64,000 bases of DNA from positions 14,954-78,953 of the forward strand of contig JABDKO010000220.1 in the NCBI GenBank assembly GCA_013002165.1. The letters run 5' to 3'. The notes beneath the pieces were generated by a model. The model was not told the origin of the DNA and searched no databases. It was given only the letters and a program-made list of their open reading frames with translations. Position numbers and translations under genes: made by a program. This stretch comes from Rhodothermales bacterium (lineage in GTDB: Bacteria; Bacteroidota; Rhodothermia; Rhodothermales; JABDKH01). Positions 29,074-37,270 of the stretch are shown here, in pieces. Each line of letters opens with the position of its first letter. The first letter of the stretch is position 1.

Positions 29074-30195
29074 ATGGATCTACTCCAGCAGCTCATAACG
29101 GATTATACACTGCGCAATGTTGCGCTGGGATCTGCAGTACTTGGGATGGTTGCCGGTACGCTCGGGTCGTTTGCACTGCTGCGTCAGCAGAGTCTTCTTG
29201 GAGATGCCGTGTCTCACGCCGCACTTCCCGGCGTTGTCATCGCATACATGTTAACCGGCTCAAAAGCACCTCTTGTGCTTATCCTCGGCGCCGCGTTAGC
29301 GGGCTGGGTAGCAACAGGCCTCGTCATGCTGACCGTTGCCAATACCCGAATCAAGTATGACTCGGCCCTCGGGATCGTCCTCTCTGTATTTTTCGGATTC
29401 GGCCTGGTGCTCCTGACCTTTTTGCAGAAAACACCCGATGCCAACCAGGCTGGTCTGGATACATTTCTCTTTGGACAGGCAGCGGCACTCGTGCATCGCG
29501 ACGTCATCACGATGAGCATCGTCGGCGGGATATCCATCGTACTAATCATTGTATTCTGGAAAGAGTTCAAGATGCTCTCGTTCGATTCCGACTTCGGCAA
29601 GAGCCTCGGATTCAATATGCGCTTTGCCGACATTTTACTGACTGCCCTCATAGTAATAGCGATCGTAATAGGCCTGCAAACAGTCGGAGTTGTCCTTATG
29701 AGTGCAATGATCATCGCCCCGGCTGCTGCTGCTCGGCAATGGACAAATCGCCTGAGCGGTATGATCGCGCTGTCGGCCCTTTTCGGTGCCGTGGCCGGTG
29801 TGGCTGGTGCAACGATCAGTAGTGTGCAATCCAATCTGCCGACCGGGCCCGTGGTCGTGTTGGGCGCTGGTGTTATTGTCACCGTCTCGATACTATTTGC
29901 TCCGGCACGAGGAGTGGTGTGGACGTGGATTCGTCAGTGGCGGAATGGTAAGCGATTAAGAATGGAGGCCGTAATGGTTGACCTGTTCACGCTGGCTGCC
30001 CATCACCATCGCGCAGACTACCCTCACGATGAGGCCGTCATCAACATGATGACTAACATCACCGGCCGGTCTTTGAAGACGCTGGAAGCTCTGGAGGATC
30101 GGGGCCTGGCAACGAGGCTCGGTCCGTCCCAGTGGGCGCTTACCGATGCAGGTGTCGCGCGCGTCCGAAGTATACTGGAGACGAGTGGTGCATAG
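29074..30195 (+). CDS. troC: Metal ABC transporter permease (TroC) with C-terminal cytoplasmic winged-helix-like extension
   Basis: LLGDAVSHAALPG; ABC-3 TM pattern; tail AAHHH...LEDRGLA...WALTDAG. Confidence 0.88.
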   Translation: MDLLQQLITDYTLRNVALGSAVLGMVAGTLGSFALLRQQSLLGDAVSHAALPGVVIAYMLTGSKAPLVLILGAALAGWVATGLVMLTVANTRIKYDSALGIVLSVFFGFGLVLLTFLQKTPDANQAGLDTFLFGQAAALVHRDVITMSIVGGISIVLIIVFWKEFKMLSFDSDFGKSLGFNMRFADILLTALIVIAIVIGLQTVGVVLMSAMIIAPAAAARQWTNRLSGMIALSALFGAVAGVAGATISSVQSNLPTGPVVVLGAGVIVTVSILFAPARGVVWTWIRQWRNGKRLRMEAVMVDLFTLAAHHHRADYPHDEAVINMMTNITGRSLKTLEALEDRGLATRLGPSQWALTDAGVARVRSILETSGA

Positions 30196-30285
30196 TATGT
30201 TGCATGTCATACCGCCCCGTTCGCCAGTGTCGGACCTGTTCGGTTCGGTTAACGCTCTCAGGTCACGCTTCGCCGAGGGATCAGG

Positions 30286-31398
30286 ATGACATCGGTCCAG
30301 TTCGAAATACAATTGATTGCGATCCTTGTGGCAGTGGCATGCGCCATTCCAGGTGTGTTTCTGGTTTTGCGGAAAATGGCCATGATGTCCGACGCTATCA
30401 GTCACTCCATCCTTCCGGGCCTCGTCATCGCGTTCTTCCTTACTGGCACTCTGAATTCGCCGTTGTTGATTGTCGGAGCTACTGCAACAGGATTGCTGAC
30501 GGTACTTCTTGTCGAGAGTATCTCCAAAACGCGATTGCTTAAGGAGGATGCCGCTATTGGACTGGCGTTTCCGGTGTTCTTCAGTATCGGCGTAATTCTT
30601 ATTGCCCGCTTTGCCGGCGACATACATCTCGACGTCGACTCGGTACTGTTGGGTGAACTTGCATTCGCACCATTCAATCGTGTCTCACTGTTTGGGCGAG
30701 ATCTCGGTCCGGCCGCGATGTGGACGATGATAGTTGTTGTTGTTATAAACGCGGCTTTCGTGGCTGTATTTTATAAAGAGCTGAAAATTGCCAGTTTCGA
30801 TTCGGGATTGGCGGCGGCACTGGGATTTGTCCCGGCAGGCATACACTACGGACTGATGACGTTGGTTTCTGCAACAGCGGTTGCAGCGTTCGATGCTGTG
30901 GGGTCCATTCTTGTTGTGGCTCTAATTGTTGGTCCGCCGGCGACTGCCTACCTGCTTACAAACAGACTGTCCGTAATGATTGGACTCAGTATTCTACTGG
31001 GCATGCTATCGGCGATCCTTGGTTACTGGTTCGCTCACTGGCTGGATGCGTCGATTGCCGGTGCAATGGCAACGATGGTGGGCGTGGTATTCGTCATCGT
31101 CCTCTTTCTGGCACCGGGTAGAGGTGTGGCAGCAGTCTGGCGTCGCAGGTATCGCCAGAAGTGGACATTCGCTGAAAAAATGTTGGCGATACACCTGCAC
31201 CACCACGAGGGTATGGTAGATGAAGCGCGCGAAAACAGAACCGCCCACCTGCAGGAACACTTCAGCTGGGACGCGCGGTTCGCTGGTTCCGTCGTCGAGC
31301 GTGCAAAAGATGATGGATTCGTAACCGAAGGCGGTGGACTTCTGAACCTTACCGAAGCCGGTAGGGCCCTGGCGAGAGAAGCGATAGTGCAAGCGTAA
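30286..31398 (+). CDS. troD: Metal ABC transporter permease (TroD) with C-terminal winged-helix-like extension
   Basis: MMSDAISHSILPG and HLDVDSVLLGE; tail HLHHHEG...DGFV...LNLTEAGRALA. Confidence 0.88.
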   Translation: MTSVQFEIQLIAILVAVACAIPGVFLVLRKMAMMSDAISHSILPGLVIAFFLTGTLNSPLLIVGATATGLLTVLLVESISKTRLLKEDAAIGLAFPVFFSIGVILIARFAGDIHLDVDSVLLGELAFAPFNRVSLFGRDLGPAAMWTMIVVVVINAAFVAVFYKELKIASFDSGLAAALGFVPAGIHYGLMTLVSATAVAAFDAVGSILVVALIVGPPATAYLLTNRLSVMIGLSILLGMLSAILGYWFAHWLDASIAGAMATMVGVVFVIVLFLAPGRGVAAVWRRRYRQKWTFAEKMLAIHLHHHEGMVDEARENRTAHLQEHFSWDARFAGSVVERAKDDGFVTEGGGLLNLTEAGRALAREAIVQA

Positions 31399-31473
31399 CC
31401 AGGAACTGGCAACTAGCAACTAGGAACTGGCAACTAGGAACTAGGAACTAGCAACTAGGAACTAGGAACCAGA
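31397..31473. repeat. Tandem heptanucleotide repeat, 11 units, consensus AACTAGG
   Basis: aaccagg aactggc aactagc aactagg aactggc aactagg aactagg aactagc aactagg aactagg aaccaga. Confidence 0.95.
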
Positions 31474-31480
31474 AACAAAC

Positions 31481-31518
31481 AACCCCGAACCTGCAATCGA
31501 AGATCACAGGCCGGGGCT
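31481..31518 (-). terminator. Terminator-like hairpin downstream of 6S RNA
   Basis: Minus strand agccccggcctgtgatc-ttc-gattgcaggttcggggtt followed by gtttgtttc. Confidence 0.65.
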
Positions 31519-31530
31519 ATTCGTCAAAAT

Positions 31531-31715
31531 GCTGCCACAACCCCGCATGTATGAAGAACCCCTTCATGACACAGTGGGCACCGCTCGCGCTCTTTCGCCT
31601 TCCGCGGTCCGTAGAATACGGTGACTCTTTCGAGATGCGGCCTGGTGGCCGAGCACGAAGGATGGTTCCCTCAAGTATAGCTGTTAGGTTCTTACTTGAT
31701 CAGGGCTGCAGCAAC
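31531..31715 (-). ncRNA. ssrS: 6S RNA
   Basis: About 185 nt just downstream of zapA; the termini pair (guugcugcagcccug / cgggguuguggcagc); GAACC/GGUUC closing helix next to the central bulge; gggaacc and gugcccac elements typical of 6S. Confidence 0.85.
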
Positions 31716-31758
31716 TACCTACTTGTACCACTTTGGTGGTTACAAGATTCAAATTCAA

Positions 31759-32091
31759 TTACACTTCCTGAGGTTCGAGATCGAGTTGTATTTTACTACT
31801 AACTTCTTCTCCGAGTGCTTTAGCAAGTAGAGTATCCATCGCAAACAACTCACGCGTAATTCGAGAATCGGTTTCATCCGCGTGCTGCTTAAGCTGATAC
31901 AGTTCTTCCGTTACCGAAAGTGCCGTTATCACTGCAGTGGTCAGTTCATGCGCCTTGGGATGTGCAGCTTGAAATGCTCTCATGCGTGTGTCAAGATTAG
32001 AGGCAACCTCGAGTGTGAAGTCGACTTGTGACTCTTTGACCCGAAGTGAATAATCCTTACCAAGGATTCTGACACTGACTGACTTTTCCAT
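31759..32091 (-). CDS. zapA: Cell division protein ZapA
   Basis: KSVSVRILGKDYSLRV...AVITALSV fold pattern; syntenic after pheT and before 6S RNA. Confidence 0.85.
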   Translation of the reverse strand: MEKSVSVRILGKDYSLRVKESQVDFTLEVASNLDTRMRAFQAAHPKAHELTTAVITALSVTEELYQLKQHADETDSRITRELFAMDTLLAKALGEEVSSKIQLDLEPQEV

Positions 32092-32094
32092 GTG

Positions 32095-32334
32095 CTACTT
32101 CTCCTCCAGAAATCGATCAATGGTGGCGATATACCCTTCAAGCTGACCACGAAGAGCATCCCGATCGGAGTCGACAACAATTGCGAGACTGTCGCCCTTT
32201 CTCTTCCGGTCGCCCCAAACGTCATCAATAGTATCCGACATCCTTTGGTTATCCGATTTCAGTCGGTCAATTTCATGCGCTGCAGACGCAACCCGTTTTT
32301 TCAATTGGGCGAGCCCGTCCGGTTGGTGTGCCAT
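32095..32334 (-). CDS. Small coiled-coil protein in the ZapB-like position
   Basis: Heptad pattern LAQLKKRV...IDRLKSDN; lies between pheT and zapA. Confidence 0.7.
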   Translation of the reverse strand: MAHQPDGLAQLKKRVASAAHEIDRLKSDNQRMSDTIDDVWGDRKRKGDSLAIVVDSDRDALRGQLEGYIATIDRFLEEK

Positions 32335-32375
32335 GTCGATCCCGTCAGTCGAGTTATACGATCGTAATATAACAG

Positions 32376-34841
32376 TTATTGACGAAGTATTGCATCGTGA
32401 TCTCTCGAAAGACTATTCACAATCTTTCCAACCGCTTTGTCAACTTCTTTATCCGTTAATGTACGGTCTGCACCAAACCGGATGTTAAGAGCGACACTTT
32501 TTTTCCCGGCGTCGATTCCTTTTCCGGAATAGATATCAAAAACGTTCACTGATTGAAGTAACTTGCCGCCGTAGTTCCGTACGGTCTTGACCACATTCGC
32601 GACTTCGGTAGATTCCGCGACGATCACGGCGATGTCTCTCGAAACCACCGGAAACCTGTTTACAGGTGCATACCGGTGCTCAGGTTTGGCCCGGTACAGG
32701 TTAACCAACAGCCCCCAGTTGATCTCGGCGAAATAAACCGGTTGTTCCAGATCAATCTGCTGTCCTAAACCACCTCCGACACAGCCGATCGTTGCTACAA
32801 CCTGAGCTTCGTGCATGAGCCTGATACTGTAGGAGGTCAGGTGCCCGGGCGTGTAGTTCGGGTCAACTTCAACATCATCGCAGACAAGGCGCACGATTGT
32901 TTCCGTAATCCCTTTTACGTCGAATACATCGGTCGAATGTTCGCTGCTGTTCCATGAAGCACTTCTGGAACCGCACATAGCAATGCAAAGAGACTCCAGC
33001 TCGATATATCCATCAATCACGTTCGACGGCACATCCCCTTTTCTGAAGACATGACCAAACTCGAAAAACCGCGTCTCTTCCTGGCCGTGATTAATGTTAT
33101 GAGAAACTGCACCAAGTGCTCCCGGAAGCAGTGACGGGCGAAGGGCAGACATCTCTGACGAGATAGCATTAGCTGTCATTACGCGTTCTCCCTGATACTT
33201 CTTACCGAAGAGCTCGGGCCCGTTGGCAGCAGCGGCACTGTCCGGGCTGATCAGACTGTTGGTATAGATTTCAGAGAACCCCGAACCGGTCAAGATCGAC
33301 TCGACGCGTCCACGCAGTTCAGCCTCCGGCTGCGTTCGAGGGAGATAGTGACGAAGCGACGTTGTCTCTGGCTCTTCTATATTATCGTAACCGAAGACAC
33401 GAGCAATTTCTTCGACCACATCAATTTCCCGTGTTACGTCATGCCGGTAGCTCGGGACATCACAACGAAGAACTTTGTCAGACTCTGTGACCTCAAATCC
33501 GAGACGTACAAGAATGTCAACCATCTCCGCTGTAGGAATCTGGGTGCCTGCAATCAGATTCACGCGTTCCGGCCGGACGTCTATTGACACCGGTGCCGGA
33601 ATCGAGACTATTACATCTGCTGCGACATCGTCGATTTTTCCGCCACCCAGTTCAGCAATCAGGTCGGCGGCACGAGCGGCCGCAATAAATTGCCGTTCCG
33701 GGTCTACTCCGCGCTCGAATCGGTACGACGCATCCGTCTGCATTCCAAGGAGTTTTGCCACTTTCCGAACCGTTGGCGGATCGAAGTAGGCACTTTCGAT
33801 CAGGATATTCTTTGTGTTGTCGCCAACTTCCGAGTTTTCGCCGCCCATGATTCCGGCTATGGCGACCATATGCTCTCCGTCGACAATCATTGACGTTCCT
33901 GCGGGAAGCTTTCGCTCCTTGCCGTCGAGGGTGACAAATTCTTCCGACTTTGCAGTCGCGCGGACTCCCACTGTGGAACCGTTCAGCTTATCCAGGTCAA
34001 ACGCATGTAACGGCTGACCAAGCTCATGCATGACATAGTTTGTAATGTCGACAACGTTGTTTCGGGGTCGAAGCCCGATTGCAGCCAACCTGTTTGCCAG
34101 CCATGCAGGGGAGTCCTTGATTGATACATCGCGTACGATTATCGCCGAGTAGCGTTTGCATCCATCGGTGTCATCAATGAACACCGATACTGCAGATGCA
34201 TCGTTATCAACCGCTGGAGTTTTTATACCCGGCAGACGAAAATCCAGCTTGTTCAACGCGGCAATGTCTCGCGCAACGCCTGTATGGCAGATCGCGTCCG
34301 GACGGTTTGGTGTAAGCGCAATATCGAAGACCGTATCGGAGTAGAGCTGTCCCTGTCGATCCAGATAGGTTGCAAATGGTTCGCCAACACTGGCTTCGCC
34401 GGCAAGCACCATAATTCCCGAATGATCTTCGGAAAGACCGAGTTCATCCTCGGCGCAGATCATTCCGGCAGAAGCAACACCGCGTATCTTCGCCTTCTTG
34501 ATTTTGATTGACGCCTGCTTACCATCCTCATCTTCAGGAAACGTGAGCGTCGTTCCTACCGTAGCGACCGGGACCAGCTGACCACTGGCGACGTTCGGTG
34601 CGCCGCAAACAATTTGAAGCGATTGTTCTTCTCCAATGTTGACCTCGCAAACAACAAGCCGGTCGGCGTCGGGATGAGCTTCAACTGAAAGAACTTCACC
34701 AACAACAATGCCTTCGAAATCTGATCCAATTGAGGTCAATCCGTCAACCTCAAGTCCCAGCATGGTCAACTGATCGGCAAGCTCTTCCGGTGTTATATCG
34801 ACGGGGACGTATTCCCGTAACCAGTTATAGCTAATATTCAT
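32376..34841 (-). CDS. pheT: Phenylalanine--tRNA ligase beta subunit
   Basis: MNISYNWL, HPDADRL, CGAPNV, TPNRPD, RFERGVD and C-terminal FDX-ACB domain. Confidence 0.98.
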   Translation of the reverse strand: MNISYNWLREYVPVDITPEELADQLTMLGLEVDGLTSIGSDFEGIVVGEVLSVEAHPDADRLVVCEVNIGEEQSLQIVCGAPNVASGQLVPVATVGTTLTFPEDEDGKQASIKIKKAKIRGVASAGMICAEDELGLSEDHSGIMVLAGEASVGEPFATYLDRQGQLYSDTVFDIALTPNRPDAICHTGVARDIAALNKLDFRLPGIKTPAVDNDASAVSVFIDDTDGCKRYSAIIVRDVSIKDSPAWLANRLAAIGLRPRNNVVDITNYVMHELGQPLHAFDLDKLNGSTVGVRATAKSEEFVTLDGKERKLPAGTSMIVDGEHMVAIAGIMGGENSEVGDNTKNILIESAYFDPPTVRKVAKLLGMQTDASYRFERGVDPERQFIAAARAADLIAELGGGKIDDVAADVIVSIPAPVSIDVRPERVNLIAGTQIPTAEMVDILVRLGFEVTESDKVLRCDVPSYRHDVTREIDVVEEIARVFGYDNIEEPETTSLRHYLPRTQPEAELRGRVESILTGSGFSEIYTNSLISPDSAAAANGPELFGKKYQGERVMTANAISSEMSALRPSLLPGALGAVSHNINHGQEETRFFEFGHVFRKGDVPSNVIDGYIELESLCIAMCGSRSASWNSSEHSTDVFDVKGITETIVRLVCDDVEVDPNYTPGHLTSYSIRLMHEAQVVATIGCVGGGLGQQIDLEQPVYFAEINWGLLVNLYRAKPEHRYAPVNRFPVVSRDIAVIVAESTEVANVVKTVRNYGGKLLQSVNVFDIYSGKGIDAGKKSVALNIRFGADRTLTDKEVDKAVGKIVNSLSRDHDAILRQ

Positions 34842-34853
34842 GTCTGGCGGGGG

Positions 34854-35864
34854 TTAGAACTGCGAAAGAAATCGCAAGTCGTTTTCGTAAAGCAGGCGAA
34901 TATCCGGGATGCCATGCTTGAGCATGGCAATACGTTCGATTCCCATTCCAAACGCATATCCAGTGTATTTTTCGGAGTCGATGTCCAGTGCATCGAGAAC
35001 GTTAGGATCTACCATTCCTGAACCGAGTATCTCCAGCCAGCGTCCACCTTCGGGGTGTGAATCATCCTTCCACCAGATGTCGACCTCCGCACTTGGTTCG
35101 GTAAACGGAAAGAAGCTCGGACGAAAGCGCATGACCACATCATCTCCAAAAATAGTTCTGGAAAACATGTGGAGCAGATGTTTCAGGTCCGCCATCGACA
35201 CACCTTCGTCGAGGTAAAGGCCCTCGACCTGGTGAAACAGGCAGTACGATTTGTACGAGATAGATTCGTTCCGATAGACCCGGCCGGGAACGATCACGCG
35301 TACGGGAGGCTTCTGTTCTTTCAACACACGGACCTGCACAGGTGAGGTGTGTGTGCGCATCAGTATCCCGTCGTGCTGGTCTCCCGGCGGCTCAATGAAA
35401 ACGGTGTCCTGCATATCACGAGCAGGATGTTCAGGCGGAAAGTTGAGCGCAGTAAAGTTATGCCAGTCGTCTTCCAGCTCCGGGCCATCGGCAACCGTAA
35501 AACCGTAACGTTCGAAGATGTTTACAATTTCGTTACGGGTCTCGGTTATTACATGAAGAGTACCTGTATCAAAGGCTGAGCCCGGAAGAGTAAGGTCACT
35601 GGGTACGTCACTGGACCGTTGTGTCGATTCGAGGCGAGTTCGAGCTTCGCCGACCATACCCTCAGCAATCGTTTTGAGAACATTGACCTGTTGCCCGAAC
35701 GCTTTGCGGTCAGCGGGCTCTATTGTTGGAATGAGTTTCAGCAGTTCGGTTATCCGACCCTGCTTCTTGCTCAGATATCGAATGCGAAACTCCTCAAGCT
35801 CCTCACCGGTCAGGATGTTTGCCTGCTCGAGTTCGCCTTTGATTTTTTCAAGCTGATCGACCAT
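34854..35864 (-). CDS. pheS: Phenylalanine--tRNA ligase alpha subunit
   Basis: HPARDMQDT, RTHTSPVQ, FHQVEG, FPFTEPS and AFGMGIER. Confidence 0.98.
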   Translation of the reverse strand: MVDQLEKIKGELEQANILTGEELEEFRIRYLSKKQGRITELLKLIPTIEPADRKAFGQQVNVLKTIAEGMVGEARTRLESTQRSSDVPSDLTLPGSAFDTGTLHVITETRNEIVNIFERYGFTVADGPELEDDWHNFTALNFPPEHPARDMQDTVFIEPPGDQHDGILMRTHTSPVQVRVLKEQKPPVRVIVPGRVYRNESISYKSYCLFHQVEGLYLDEGVSMADLKHLLHMFSRTIFGDDVVMRFRPSFFPFTEPSAEVDIWWKDDSHPEGGRWLEILGSGMVDPNVLDALDIDSEKYTGYAFGMGIERIAMLKHGIPDIRLLYENDLRFLSQF

Positions 35865-35884
35865 TGGGCCAATATGTTAGGGTT

Positions 35885-35923
35885 AAAAAAAATCCCGCCA
35901 GGCCTGCGTGCAGGGGCGGGATT
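35885..35923 (-). terminator. Intrinsic terminator/attenuator after rplT
   Basis: Minus strand aatcccgcc...ggcgggatt followed by a T-run. Confidence 0.75.
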
Positions 35924-35957
35924 ACTAAGAAGTTTAAAACCGGCTATGCCGTACCAC

Positions 35958-36305
35958 CTACGCAGAAAGTTGTTTTACAACTTCCGTAAAAGCCTTGGGC
36001 TCATTTACGGCGAGGTCTGCAAGAACCTTGCGGTTTAATTCGATGTCTGACTTTCTAAGCTGTCCGATCATCCGGGAATACGTTGTTCCATTTAACCGCG
36101 CAGCTGCATTGATCCTGAGGATCCAGAGCTTGCGGAACTGACGCTTCTTCTGGCGGCGGTCACGGTAGGAATACTGCAGCGCCTTGTCTACAGCATGTTT
36201 TGCGACGGTGTAGATGGTGCCACGACGACCCCAGTACCCGCTAGCCATCTGCAAGACCTTCTTGCGGCGGCGTCTTGATGCGACTCTATTCTTTGCGCGA
36301 GGCAT
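35958..36305 (-). CDS. rplT: 50S ribosomal protein L20
   Basis: MPRAK...[24 protein letters not shown]...[10 protein letters not shown]. Confidence 0.98.
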   Translation of the reverse strand: MPRAKNRVASRRRRKKVLQMASGYWGRRGTIYTVAKHAVDKALQYSYRDRRQKKRQFRKLWILRINAAARLNGTTYSRMIGQLRKSDIELNRKVLADLAVNEPKAFTEVVKQLSA

Positions 36306-36320
36306 AACTAAAACCTGGTA

Positions 36321-36515
36321 TTAAGAGCTAATAAGCTTTTTTATTCGAGGGGTATCCACGTCGGAAACAAGTGTCCCGGCACGCAAACTGCGTTTGCGCT
36401 TCTGGGACTTCTTCGTCAGAATATGGCTGTGAAAAGCCTTCTTCCTCTTGATCTTCCCGGTACCCGTCGTCGTGAAGCGCTTCTTCGCTCCACTATTTGT
36501 TTTCATTTTTGGCAT
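36321..36515 (-). CDS. rpmI: 50S ribosomal protein L35
   Basis: [14 protein letters not shown]...HILTKK. Confidence 0.98.
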   Translation of the reverse strand: MPKMKTNSGAKKRFTTTGTGKIKRKKAFHSHILTKKSQKRKRSLRAGTLVSDVDTPRIKKLISS

Positions 36516-36661
36516 AAAACTATCAAACCTGATCCATCAACGAACGGAAAAACGGTTTTCCGACGAAGCCTGAAAAAATACAGCGATTAATCTCCAACAT
36601 CAAACGAAAAAGCTGCGTCGCACCGCTCGATTCGTTGGATTCTTTGTGAAAGTGGTTTCTG

Positions 36662-37201
36662 TCAGGCTTTCTTTTTGATCGGGCTGAGGATAGTCGTCAT
36701 TCGCCGACCTTCCATTTTGGGCTCCTGATCAATTTTAGCCACATCTGCCAGTTCTTTGATGAAGCGCACAAGGAGGGTCATCCCATGATCCTTGTAAACG
36801 ATATCTCTACCCCGGAACTGTACGTACGCCCGAACTTTATCGCCATGCTCCAAAAACTCGCGGGCGTGCTTGGTTTTGAAGTCAAAGTCGTGCGTGTCCG
36901 TGTGGGGACGAAATCTGATCTCTTTGAGAGCGATCGTATGCGATTTCTTTCGCGCCTCCTTTTCCTTCTTTTGGAGCTCGTAACGGTACTTTCCGTAGTC
37001 GATAATCTTGCAAACCGGTGGATCTGCGTTGGGAGAGATCTCGACCAGATCAAGCCCCCTGCTTTCTGCGAGGGTGACTGCCTCTTCAAGTGGATATATA
37101 CCGTGTTGACCCTCGGGGTCGACGACACGGACAGTCTCCGCTCTAATCTCGTTATTAATCCTGACTTTGCTTACTCGAGCGTTCTTGTTGCTAATTGCCA
37201 T
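36662..37201 (-). CDS. infC: Translation initiation factor IF-3
   Basis: RINNEIRA, LDLVEISP-ADPPVCKIIDYGKY, KEIRFRP and FRGR. Confidence 0.97.
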   Translation of the reverse strand: MAISNKNARVSKVRINNEIRAETVRVVDPEGQHGIYPLEEAVTLAESRGLDLVEISPNADPPVCKIIDYGKYRYELQKKEKEARKKSHTIALKEIRFRPHTDTHDFDFKTKHAREFLEHGDKVRAYVQFRGRDIVYKDHGMTLLVRFIKELADVAKIDQEPKMEGRRMTTILSPIKKKA

Positions 37202-37224
37202 TCAATAGTAGTTGGTTCGTAATT

Positions 37225-37232
37225 CAAATATG
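37225..37232 (-). promoter_or_regulatory. Possible -7 promoter element for infC
   Basis: CATATTTG on the minus strand, one mismatch to TAnnTTTG, 23 nt before the ATG. Confidence 0.4.
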
Positions 37233-37270
37233 GGACAAGCTAGCACAATTGCCAGCAAAAATCAGACGAC

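Noticed and set aside
31397-31473. Heptamer array as a CRISPR
   Set aside because: 7-bp tandem units with no unique spacers, and no cas genes in the window
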